Positions 33,923 through 42,706 of a DNA stretch of 64,000 bases are shown piece by piece. Under the pieces are notes generated by a model. The model saw nothing but the letters and a program-made list of their open reading frames with translations, searched no databases and was not told where the DNA came from. This stretch comes from an uncultured delta proteobacterium (GTDB lineage: Bacteria; Desulfobacterota; Desulfuromonadia; Geobacterales; DSM-12255). The stretch is from NCBI GenBank assembly GCA_963787125.1, contig CAWBBV010000007.1, forward strand, positions 288,001 to 352,000. The letters are read 5' to 3'. The position numbers and the translations under genes are program-made. The first letter of the stretch is position 1; every line of letters begins with the position of its first letter.

Positions 33923-36844
33923 ATGTTTCGCAGACACTCCAGAATAATCGCCGCGGTTGTTTTATCTTTCTTCACCTGGACGTCAGGCGGTGTCTTCAGC
34001 ATTGCCCATGCGGCGCAGGATGCCGTCAAAAAGTCTAATGCCCAGCCTCAGGCGAAGAAGGGCGAAGGGGCGGAGGAGCGTTTTGCCAGGCTGACAGAGG
34101 AGCTGAGTGCCGATCTCTTTGACCCGAAAACCGGTCATGTACACAAGAGGCAGCGGCTGACGGCGCGTAAGGTTGAGCTGGACTCCCTCGACACTGACAT
34201 TCGCCAGCAGTTTGCCGAAACGGAAAAGAAGCTAAAAGACGCCAAGCTGCCCGCTGAGATCCTGGCGCGGCATGCCAAATTCGTCAAACACTATGACGAC
34301 AACCTGGCTGAGTTGAAAGGGAACATGGCGCTGGTAGAGAGCGCCACCGATGCAGCGGAGACCGAAGCTGCAATCGATAAAACCCGCCAGCACCTGGAGC
34401 GGGTCAAAGCCCCCTCCCGCCACAAGAAACTCGATCCCAACAATCTTCCCCACCGGCAGCCGAAGGCGCTGAAGCGGGAGCCTCGGCTGAAGAAAGAAGA
34501 TTTCGACAAGGATCTCAAAAAAGACAAACACGCCTGGAAAAGCGCCAAGAGAATCATGGTCGCCTCGACCGGCTCCGTTGCCGGGCTGCTCCCTGCCGAT
34601 GATCTGGCCGAAACCGTTGAGGTGCAGCTAACTCCGGAGATAAAAGCCAAGGCGCTGGAGCTGGGGAACAGTCCGGTGAAGATCTACGAGTGGGTGCGGA
34701 ACAACGTCAAGTTCGTCCCCACCTGGGGCTCCATCCAGGGGGCGCAGATGACGCTTCTGACCAGGCAGGGAAACTCATTCGACACAAGTTCCCTCCTCAT
34801 CGCCCTCCTGCGGGCAGCCGGGATCAATGCCCGCTATGTTACCGGCACAGTTGAACTTCCCATTGACAATATCATGAACTGGGCCGGAGGTTTCACCGAC
34901 CCAATGGCCGCTCTCGATTTCATGTCCAGTGGCGGCATTCCCACCAAGGGACTTGTTAGCGGCGGCAAGATTGTTGCTGCCCGCTTTGAGCACGTCTCGG
35001 TTGAAGCCTTCATCGACTACATCCCCTCCAGAGGGGCGAAGCACAAGCAGGGACAAGGTGACACCTGGATACCTCTTGATCCGAGCTATAAGCAGTACAC
35101 CTTCACTCAAGGCATCGACATCAAGTCCGCCGTCCCCTTCAACGCTCAGGGGTTCCTCGACCAGATCAAGGCAACCGCCGCCATCAACGAAACCGCAGGC
35201 TACGTCACCGGTATCGACTCCCTCCTTACCCAGCAGACCATGCAGGACTACCAGGCACGGGTCCAGAGCTACATCCAGCAGAACCACGCCAACGCCACCG
35301 TCGGCGATGTCCTCGGCAAGAAAGAGATCGTCAAAAAAGAGTACCGCCATCTCCTCGGCACCCTGCCGTATCGCACCGCAGTCAAGGGAAGTACGTTTAC
35401 CACCATCCCCGACAGCCTGCGGCACAAGCTCTCCTTCAGAGTAGAGAATGAAGCAACCAACACCTTCGTTGACCCCGAAGCACCGGCACCGGTGGATAAC
35501 TCCCTCACCATAAACAAAAGCCTGGCGGAACTGGCAGGCAAGAAGATAACCCTCAGCTACTCACCGGCAACCGTACAGGACGAAGCGGTCATTAACTCCT
35601 ACCTCCCCCGGCCCCATGCAGACGGCACCCCCATACAGCCAAGCGAACTGCCAACCCAGCTCCCGGCGTACCTCATCAATGTCAAACCGGAACTCAGAAT
35701 TGACGGGCAGGTGGTAGCCACCGGAGCGCCGGTAGGCCTGGGCGGCATCAACATCTCCACCATGACCTTCTCCGACCCTGCCTACGGCTCAAGCCAGGTC
35801 ACCAACTACATTGACGCCGGGGTCTATCAGGCAATAGGGCTCAACTTGGGGAGGATCAGCGCTGAGCAGTTAACCAGTCTAAAAGCAAAACTGGAAGCTA
35901 CCAAAGCAAAGCTGCAGAACAACGACTTTGCCACCATGACCAAGGATGATCTGATGGGTGATCTCCTCTACACCACCGCCATGTTTTATCATTCCGGGCT
36001 TGACAAGATGAACAACATCATCGCTCGAACCCTGAATGTCAGTGCTATCACCCTTCCATCGGAAACCATTTTCGCCACCAAGCTCAATGTCATGATGTTT
36101 TTCGGAATACCGAGATATGTCCGGGCAGGCGGCTTGAACATGGATGCGGACTACCTCGTACAGGTGGTAAAATCTAAAGACGGCAATGTTGACACTGCCA
36201 GGCACTACATGCTCAGTAGCGGCATGACGTCATCGGCTCTGGAACATGGCGTGCCGGAACAGCTCTTTTCGACGACAGATACCCCGTTAGAGGGTGTAAG
36301 CACAATAAAAGCGCTCAAAATCGCCTCAGACCAAGGCATTCCAATTTATACAGTAAACCAGAGTAATATTGCCACCACACTGCCGCAACTGCAAATCAGT
36401 CAGCAGATAAAAGACGACATCACTAACGCAGTTAACGCAGGTAAAGTTGTCACCGTTTCTAAAACCAACATTAATTTCAACGGCTGGAATGGTTGCGGGT
36501 ACATTATTGCTAATCCGGATACCGGTGCCGGGGCGTACATGATTAGTGGTGGAACAAGCGGTGGAGATATTATTCTAATCGGTGCATTTCTAAGAAACGA
36601 TATAATTAACGCGCTGGTCAAGTATGCTCCAGAAAAAGAAGCTTTTACTCGGGCAACATCAAAACTCTTAAACGAAGGTGAACTGCTTAATGTTCTAATA
36701 GAAGTAACACAAAAAGAAGCAGCAAATGCTGCTGCACTTAGGGTATTACTTGGCTCACTTCTTGGTGCTACCGTAATTGTTTTGACTCCGTCAACATTAC
36801 AAGATCCGTATTTAGGTGCTGATGGTAATTGGTATTGGCCATAG
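33923..36844 (+). CDS. Secreted transglutaminase-fold protein, copy 1 (973 aa), variable 93-aa C-terminus
   Basis: Signal peptide ending AHA; IYEWVRNN...GNSFDTSSLLIALLRAAGINARYV...EHV...WIPLDPS; GGAGG RBS. Confidence 0.85.
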   Translation: MFRRHSRIIAAVVLSFFTWTSGGVFSIAHAAQDAVKKSNAQPQAKKGEGAEERFARLTEELSADLFDPKTGHVHKRQRLTARKVELDSLDTDIRQQFAETEKKLKDAKLPAEILARHAKFVKHYDDNLAELKGNMALVESATDAAETEAAIDKTRQHLERVKAPSRHKKLDPNNLPHRQPKALKREPRLKKEDFDKDLKKDKHAWKSAKRIMVASTGSVAGLLPADDLAETVEVQLTPEIKAKALELGNSPVKIYEWVRNNVKFVPTWGSIQGAQMTLLTRQGNSFDTSSLLIALLRAAGINARYVTGTVELPIDNIMNWAGGFTDPMAALDFMSSGGIPTKGLVSGGKIVAARFEHVSVEAFIDYIPSRGAKHKQGQGDTWIPLDPSYKQYTFTQGIDIKSAVPFNAQGFLDQIKATAAINETAGYVTGIDSLLTQQTMQDYQARVQSYIQQNHANATVGDVLGKKEIVKKEYRHLLGTLPYRTAVKGSTFTTIPDSLRHKLSFRVENEATNTFVDPEAPAPVDNSLTINKSLAELAGKKITLSYSPATVQDEAVINSYLPRPHADGTPIQPSELPTQLPAYLINVKPELRIDGQVVATGAPVGLGGINISTMTFSDPAYGSSQVTNYIDAGVYQAIGLNLGRISAEQLTSLKAKLEATKAKLQNNDFATMTKDDLMGDLLYTTAMFYHSGLDKMNNIIARTLNVSAITLPSETIFATKLNVMMFFGIPRYVRAGGLNMDADYLVQVVKSKDGNVDTARHYMLSSGMTSSALEHGVPEQLFSTTDTPLEGVSTIKALKIASDQGIPIYTVNQSNIATTLPQLQISQQIKDDITNAVNAGKVVTVSKTNINFNGWNGCGYIIANPDTGAGAYMISGGTSGGDIILIGAFLRNDIINALVKYAPEKEAFTRATSKLLNEGELLNVLIEVTQKEAANAAALRVLLGSLLGATVIVLTPSTLQDPYLGADGNWYWP

Positions 36845-36908
36845 TTGTAAAGAAGTACCAATTCCACTTAGTTACTACAAAAAATATTCAGGGACAAGGA
36901 GTCGTTAA

Positions 36909-37388
36909 ATGTTTGATATAACCAGATTGTTTGGCAAATATGCAAAACCTCACACTAGAACTAAGTTTGAAATTACTACCATTATATGTATGTCAGTATT
37001 TATGCGTAATTTTGAAGAAATTACAAACAAGCGTTCACTACAAGACATTGCAAAATTAATGCAACAGTTTTATGGGCTTATTGCAAGTGCTACTACTGAT
37101 TTTAATGCCGACATTGACAGGTTTTGCCACAACCAAGTGCTAATATATTTTAAGCATGATATTAATCACGCTGAAGATCATGCTATAAAATGCGGACATA
37201 ATATTATTAGTAACTTTCACAATTATGATGAGTCGTTAGATATCGGCGTCGGAATATGTAAAGGTGAAATTATTTATGGCATATTTGGATCTGAAACAAG
37301 AGCTACGGTAACTGGTTTTGGTCCTGTTGTTAACACTTCAATTGAACTATCTAAAAACAAAAGTGGAGTAAATAGCGTTACCCTATAA
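36909..37388 (+). CDS. AT-rich partner 1: degenerate class III adenylate/guanylate cyclase-like protein (putative immunity)
   Basis: AAGGAG RBS; DIDRF, IGVGICKGEIIYGIFGSETR, GPVVN align to the class III cyclase pattern but catalytic residues are replaced. Confidence 0.65.
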   Translation: MFDITRLFGKYAKPHTRTKFEITTIICMSVFMRNFEEITNKRSLQDIAKLMQQFYGLIASATTDFNADIDRFCHNQVLIYFKHDINHAEDHAIKCGHNIISNFHNYDESLDIGVGICKGEIIYGIFGSETRATVTGFGPVVNTSIELSKNKSGVNSVTL

Positions 37389-37478
37389 ACCGGGTCTGTA
37401 CTCTGGGGAAACGTGAAGACGTTGGTAGGTTGTCTCCTTTTTTGAAAAAGAACAAAAGCCGTTAAGTTGGAGGAACCG

Positions 37479-40400
37479 ATGTTTCGCAGACACTCAAGGA
37501 TAATCGCCGCAGTGGTACTGTCTTTCTTCACCTGGACATCAGGCGGCCTGTTCAGCGTCGCTCATGCAGCAACAGCTGCCGTGAAGAAGGCCAAGACCGA
37601 GGCTCCGGCAAAGAAGAGCGATGCGGCCGAGGAGCGGTTTGCGAAGCTGACTGAGGAACTGACAACCGAACTTCTCGACTCGAAAACGAGTCATGAGCAC
37701 AAGAAACAGCGGCTGACGTTCCGCAAGGGTGAGCTGGACACCCTTGACGCCGCCATCCGCAGCGAATTCGCTGCCACCGAGACGAAACTGAAAAACGCCA
37801 AGCTGCCGCCAGAGATCCTGACCAGACATGCCAAGTTCGTCAAACACTACGACGACAACCTTTCCGAGCTGAAGGGGAACATGGCTTTTGTTGAGAGCAC
37901 CCAGGATGCGGCTGAGGCAGAAGCAGCGCTGGAAAAGACCCGCCAGCATTTGGCAAAGGTCAAGGCACCGTCGCGGCACCAGAAACTCGATCCCAACAAC
38001 CTCCCCCATCGGCAGCCGAAGGCGATCAAGCGGGAACCGCGGCTGAAGAAGGAGGATTTCGATAAGGATCTCAAAAAAGACAATCACGCCTGGAAAAGCG
38101 CCAAGAGAATCATGGTCGCCTCGACTGGCTCCGTTGCCGGATTGCTTCCTTCAGATGACCTGGCCGAAACGATAGAAGTCCAGTTAACCCCGGAGATCAG
38201 GGCCAAAGCGCTGGAGCTGGGGAACAGTCCGGTGAAGATCTACGAGTGGGTGCGGAACAACATCGAATTTGTCCCCACCTGGGGCTCCATCCAGGGAGCC
38301 CAGATGACGCTCTTGACCAGGCAGGGGAACTCATTCGACACAAGTTCTCTACTGATAGCGCTGCTGCGGGCCGCAGGGATCAATGCCCGCTATGTTATTG
38401 GTACGGTTGAACTCCCAATTGATAAGATCATGAACTGGGCGGGCGGCTTCACCGACCCCCTGGCTGCCCTAGATTTCATGTCCAGCGGTGGCATACCCAC
38501 CAAGGGTCTGGTTGCCGGGGGCAAGATCGTAGCTGCTCGCTTTGAGCATGTCTCGATCGAAGCCTTCATCAACTACATCCCGTCCCGTGGAGCAAAGCAT
38601 ATCAATGGCAAGGGTGATACCTGGATCAAGCTTGATCCGAGCTTCAAGCAGTACAACTTCACCCAAGGCATCGACATCAAAACCGCCGTCCCCTTCGATG
38701 CACAGGCATTCCTCACCCAGCTGAAATCATCCGCCACCATCAACGAAACCGCTGGATACGTCACCGGCATCAACTCCCTCCTCACCCAACAGACCATGCA
38801 GGACTACCAGACGAGGGTGCAGAGCTACATCCAGCAGAACCATCCCAACGCTACCGTCGGCGATGTGATTGGCAAGAAAGAGATCATCAAAAAGGAATAC
38901 CGCCATCTTCTCGGCACCCTGCCGTACCGCACCGCAGTCAAGGGGGCAACTTTTACCACCATCCCCGACAGCTTGCGGCACAAGCTCTCCTTCAGGGTAG
39001 AGAACGAAGCCGCAAACACCTTCGTTGATCCTGATGCACCGGCAGCGGTGGACAACTCCCTGAGCATCACCAAAAGCCTGGCAGAACTGGCAGGCAAGAA
39101 GATAACCCTCAGCTACTCCCCGGCAACCCCTCAGGACGAAGTTATCATCAACGCCTATCTGCCAAGCCCGCATGCCGACGGCACTCCCATACAGCCAAGC
39201 GAACTCCCCAGCCAGCTACCGGCGTATCTGATCAACGTCAAACCGGAACTCAGGATTGACGGTCAGGTAGTGGCCACCGGAGCGCCGGTAGGCCTTGGCG
39301 GCACCAACATCTCCACCATGACCTTCAGCGACCCGGCTTACGGCTCAAGCCAGATAACCAACTACATTGACGCCGGGGTGTACCAGGCAATCGGGCTCAA
39401 CCTGGGGCGAATCAGCGCCGAGCAGTTAACCGGGCTCAAAGCAAAACTGGAAGCTACCAAAGCAAAACTGCAGAACAACGACTTCGCCGGCATGACCAAA
39501 GATGATCTGATCGGTGATCTCCTCTACACCACCGCCATGGCCTATCATGCCGAACTCGGCACCATGAACTACATTGCCGCAAAAACCATGAACGTCAACG
39601 CCATCACCGTACCGTCAGAAACCATCTTCGCCACCAAGCTCAAAGTAATGTGTCTTTGGGGAATACCGCGCTATATCAGTTCCGGCGGACTCAATATGGA
39701 TGCTGATTATCTGATGCAGGTAGTAAAGGCAAAAGACGGCAACAGCGAGACCGCCAAGCAGTATATGCTCTCCAGCGGCATGACTTCCTCGGCGCTGGAG
39801 CACAATGTGCCGGAGAAGCTCTTCTCCACGCCGGACAGCCCTGCCCAAGGGATCAGCACGGTCAAGGCGCTGAAGATTGCCAATGACCAGGGAATCCCGG
39901 TCTACACGGTCAATCAGGCGAACATTGCGACAGTTATGCCGCAATTGCAGGTGGATCAGCAAGTGAAGGAAGACATCCAGAACGCCGTGAATGCAGGGAA
40001 GATGGTTACTGTCTCCAAGACCAACATCAACTTCAATGGATGGAATGGGTGTGGGTATATCATTACTAATCCGGAAACCGGGGCTGGTGGGTATATGATC
40101 AGTGGGGGGTCGAATGGCGCAGTAATTCAAGCCTTGTGGCTGGCTGGTTACATTATCTTGCATATCCTTGCATTCGCAGGTGTTGCGGCATTGGCTACTT
40201 TAGGTGTTTTATCTGGTGGGTTCGGATCTGCTGTAATATTTCCTGCATTTAGTGCATTTTTAGCTGAAATGATCGCTGTAGTCAGTGCAGGGTATTTAGA
40301 ATTATGCTTATTTGTAGCTAGTGCTCCTATCATTAGGGCATTATATTCCACGGTATCGCTTTGGGCGGATATGAGCCCCCCGCCTTTGCCTTTTCCGACT

Positions 40401-40550
40401 AGTCTCGGAGATTATCAATTTTGGGTGTTCTTCTTTATGGTTCGTATTCTTCACTATTTTGAATTGAAGTGGCTATTGTCTAGAGTCATACTAGAATATA
40501 ATTGGCATATTGTTAGAAGCTATGACATTCAAAATCACATTAGATGTTAA
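37479..40550 (+). CDS. Secreted transglutaminase-fold protein, copy 2 (1023 aa), hydrophobic 143-aa C-terminus
   Basis: Paralog of 33923-36844 up to YMISGG; identical RBS/start GGAGGAACCGATGTTTCGCAGACACTC. Confidence 0.85.
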   Translation: MFRRHSRIIAAVVLSFFTWTSGGLFSVAHAATAAVKKAKTEAPAKKSDAAEERFAKLTEELTTELLDSKTSHEHKKQRLTFRKGELDTLDAAIRSEFAATETKLKNAKLPPEILTRHAKFVKHYDDNLSELKGNMAFVESTQDAAEAEAALEKTRQHLAKVKAPSRHQKLDPNNLPHRQPKAIKREPRLKKEDFDKDLKKDNHAWKSAKRIMVASTGSVAGLLPSDDLAETIEVQLTPEIRAKALELGNSPVKIYEWVRNNIEFVPTWGSIQGAQMTLLTRQGNSFDTSSLLIALLRAAGINARYVIGTVELPIDKIMNWAGGFTDPLAALDFMSSGGIPTKGLVAGGKIVAARFEHVSIEAFINYIPSRGAKHINGKGDTWIKLDPSFKQYNFTQGIDIKTAVPFDAQAFLTQLKSSATINETAGYVTGINSLLTQQTMQDYQTRVQSYIQQNHPNATVGDVIGKKEIIKKEYRHLLGTLPYRTAVKGATFTTIPDSLRHKLSFRVENEAANTFVDPDAPAAVDNSLSITKSLAELAGKKITLSYSPATPQDEVIINAYLPSPHADGTPIQPSELPSQLPAYLINVKPELRIDGQVVATGAPVGLGGTNISTMTFSDPAYGSSQITNYIDAGVYQAIGLNLGRISAEQLTGLKAKLEATKAKLQNNDFAGMTKDDLIGDLLYTTAMAYHAELGTMNYIAAKTMNVNAITVPSETIFATKLKVMCLWGIPRYISSGGLNMDADYLMQVVKAKDGNSETAKQYMLSSGMTSSALEHNVPEKLFSTPDSPAQGISTVKALKIANDQGIPVYTVNQANIATVMPQLQVDQQVKEDIQNAVNAGKMVTVSKTNINFNGWNGCGYIITNPETGAGGYMISGGSNGAVIQALWLAGYIILHILAFAGVAALATLGVLSGGFGSAVIFPAFSAFLAEMIAVVSAGYLELCLFVASAPIIRALYSTVSLWADMSPPPLPFPTSLGDYQFWVFFFMVRILHYFELKWLLSRVILEYNWHIVRSYDIQNHIRC

Positions 40551-40559
40551 GAGTAACAT

Positions 40560-41465
40560 ATGAAAACAAATCTCAAGTTAATTATTAACAAATACAATAA
40601 CTTCTTAATCGAAATTACAGGTTTTATTTCGGCAAGTCTAATTTTTTCATCTGGTATTGGCCGATATAGAGTATGTATTGCATATGCTGTATACAGTGTA
40701 ATTAAGGCAATTGGTACAATAAAATTTATTGGTAAAACCCCAGACATATTTTTATTGCCGGCTATCGCGATAGCAGTATATTTCGATTTAACAAAAGGTC
40801 CAGTACTCCCACTTTTTACCAATAACTATTTGTTGTTCGCGCTAGCAGTGTTGATCATAGTTGATTTGTTAACTAGGAAGCTAATGAAACGGATGATATC
40901 TACTATCAGCAATGGCGAATTATTTGTAGCGTGCCCTTCATGTAGTTTTGACAACAAAGAGTTAGTGGAAACCTGTAATAATTGCAATTATGACACAAGT
41001 AAAGGGTTTGGTAGATTTTATACCAATATATCATCACGTTTTATAGGCAATGAAATACCCTCAAAGCTATTTCGATTATTGAATATTGGTGAAAATGAAG
41101 AAGTTGTTTATCATAAAAAGCTTACTAGCAATCTGGTTTTTTTAAAAAACAATGAAAGAGAACTAAGAAAGCACCTGATAATAACAACAGAAAATGTGAT
41201 ATTCATTGATTATGAAGGTATTAGCTTTGGCATACCAAAAAGCTATCGTGCAAAAGATATTATTTCTTTAGATAAAATTGAATTTATAAAGTGTGAAATG
41301 AAAAACATTTTTATGGCAAATAGCCCGTTTCTCGAAATTGTAACCATTAACAAAGATTGTTATGGGATTACATTTTCATATTTTGGAAATTACAAGGAAG
41401 AAATGGGTGATATCGTCAAATTAATCACAAATTCGAATCCACAGGTTAAATCGACTCTCATCTGA
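40560..41465 (+). CDS. AT-rich partner 2: membrane protein with Zn ribbon and PH-like C-terminal domain (putative immunity)
   Basis: Starts 9 bp after the copy-2 stop; 3-4 hydrophobic segments, CPSC...CNNC, ENEEV...HLIITTENVIFI...ISLDKI. Confidence 0.65.
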   Translation: MKTNLKLIINKYNNFLIEITGFISASLIFSSGIGRYRVCIAYAVYSVIKAIGTIKFIGKTPDIFLLPAIAIAVYFDLTKGPVLPLFTNNYLLFALAVLIIVDLLTRKLMKRMISTISNGELFVACPSCSFDNKELVETCNNCNYDTSKGFGRFYTNISSRFIGNEIPSKLFRLLNIGENEEVVYHKKLTSNLVFLKNNERELRKHLIITTENVIFIDYEGISFGIPKSYRAKDIISLDKIEFIKCEMKNIFMANSPFLEIVTINKDCYGITFSYFGNYKEEMGDIVKLITNSNPQVKSTLI

Positions 41466-41553
41466 TTGATTGTTCAGAGATAGTAATCACCTGACAGCCG
41501 ACACGATAGCAGAAGTCAGACCATCATTTATTGAGCTCTTTTTATTGCAGCTA

Positions 41554-42695
41554 GTGTTTAATTGCATAAGTTAGCTATTGTATTTCTAAGCTGAGCGCCT
41601 CTGACTTCTCGTTTGCGCCAAACAAAAGGAGAAGCGGTTTCGTTGTAGCTGGCAATAAATGCTTCGATTGAATTCGTCAACTGTTCCGTGCTTGAGAAAC
41701 TGGCTCCAGATAAGGTTTTACGGCTAAGTATCCCAAACCATATTTCTACCTGATTGAGCCAACTGGCCGAGGTCGGCGTAAAGTGGAAGTGGACATTGGG
41801 ATGTAAGGCCAGCCAATCTTCATTTTTCTTGTGTGTACAGTAGTTGTCGAGAATTACATGAATATCTTCACCATCTGGAACCGTTGACACTATATCATCG
41901 AGAAACGCCTGAAAGTCCGGTCGTTTTTTAGTTACAGTTGTTTTCGACTGGATAGTTCCGGCGGCAACATCTAGTGCTGCAAATAGATTGATGACGCCAT
42001 GCCGCTTATAGGTGCTCTTCAGGCCGCGAACAATTTTACCGCTGCTTGTCTGCACATAACCGGTTGACCGCTCCAAGGCCTGTATAGATGGTTTCTCGTC
42101 AATACAGAGTACCAATGCTTTCTGTGGCGGTGCCAGGTATAAGCCGATTATGTCGGCTGACTTTACCGAGAATTCAGGATCAGTGCTGACACACCACGAA
42201 CGGTGTCGCCGCAACTGAATGCCGTTTTTACGCAGTATGCGCCAGACAACATCATCTGAGACCGCCAATGCTTTAGCCAGTGCACCGCCATCCCATGCCG
42301 CCAGACCTGCTGGCGGAGACTCTTCCAGCTTGGCGAGTATGCGCTGCCTTAACTCTAATGCTGGATATTTAGCTGGCTTGCCGGAACGGGGTTTGTCGTA
42401 TAAACCCGAAAGACCATGAGCCGCAAAGCGTTTACGCCAGATGCCCACAGTCAGCGCTTGCGTATCAAGCTCGGCTGCGACCTCATCATTGCGCTTACCG
42501 GACAGACAGTAAAGTATGATTTTAACTCGCTCCACAATGCGTATTTCTTCGGTCCGGCTTCTGCTTATGCGCTCTAGCTCTTGCACGACCTTGGGCTCAC
42601 AAGTTAGCGCTATTGCAACCCTGGGCATATGACACCTCCATCTCTAGTGGGATGGAGACAGTATAATACTTATATTAACTATTGCAACTAAACAC
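41554..42695 (-). mobile_element. IS630-family insertion sequence
   Basis: IR GTGTTTA(A/G)TTGCA..AGTTA at both ends; TA duplicated (41552-41553, 42696-42697) in a CTAG target. Confidence 0.93.
41558..42628 (-). CDS. IS630 transposase
   Basis: HTH, DKPRSGKP, CIDEKPSIQAL, ILDNYCTHK, SWLNQVEIWF. Confidence 0.96.
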   Translation of the reverse strand: MPRVAIALTCEPKVVQELERISRSRTEEIRIVERVKIILYCLSGKRNDEVAAELDTQALTVGIWRKRFAAHGLSGLYDKPRSGKPAKYPALELRQRILAKLEESPPAGLAAWDGGALAKALAVSDDVVWRILRKNGIQLRRHRSWCVSTDPEFSVKSADIIGLYLAPPQKALVLCIDEKPSIQALERSTGYVQTSSGKIVRGLKSTYKRHGVINLFAALDVAAGTIQSKTTVTKKRPDFQAFLDDIVSTVPDGEDIHVILDNYCTHKKNEDWLALHPNVHFHFTPTSASWLNQVEIWFGILSRKTLSGASFSSTEQLTNSIEAFIASYNETASPFVWRKREVRGAQLRNTIANLCN

Positions 42696-42706
42696 TAGGA
42701 GGAATT

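Larger units (their letters stand above)
33913..40118 (+). repeat. Diverged direct repeat of ~2.65 kb (33913-36562 vs 37469-40118)
   Basis: Long identical tracts, e.g. GGAACAGTCCGGTGAAGATCTACGAGTGGGTGCGGAACAAC in both copies. Confidence 0.95.

Noticed and set aside
33923..34012. Tat signal in MFRRHS
   Set aside because: Lacks the (S/T)RRxFLK context; fits a Sec signal ending AHA.
33913..40118. Diversity-generating retroelement or CRISPR explanation for the repeats
   Set aside because: No reverse transcriptase, no adenine-specific TR/VR pair and no short spaced repeats in the window.
42662..42667. Outward TATAAT in the IS630 end driving the giant gene
   Set aside because: No -35 or extended -10; the same DNA reads better as the inward transposase promoter (TTGCAA-16-TATACT on the minus strand).
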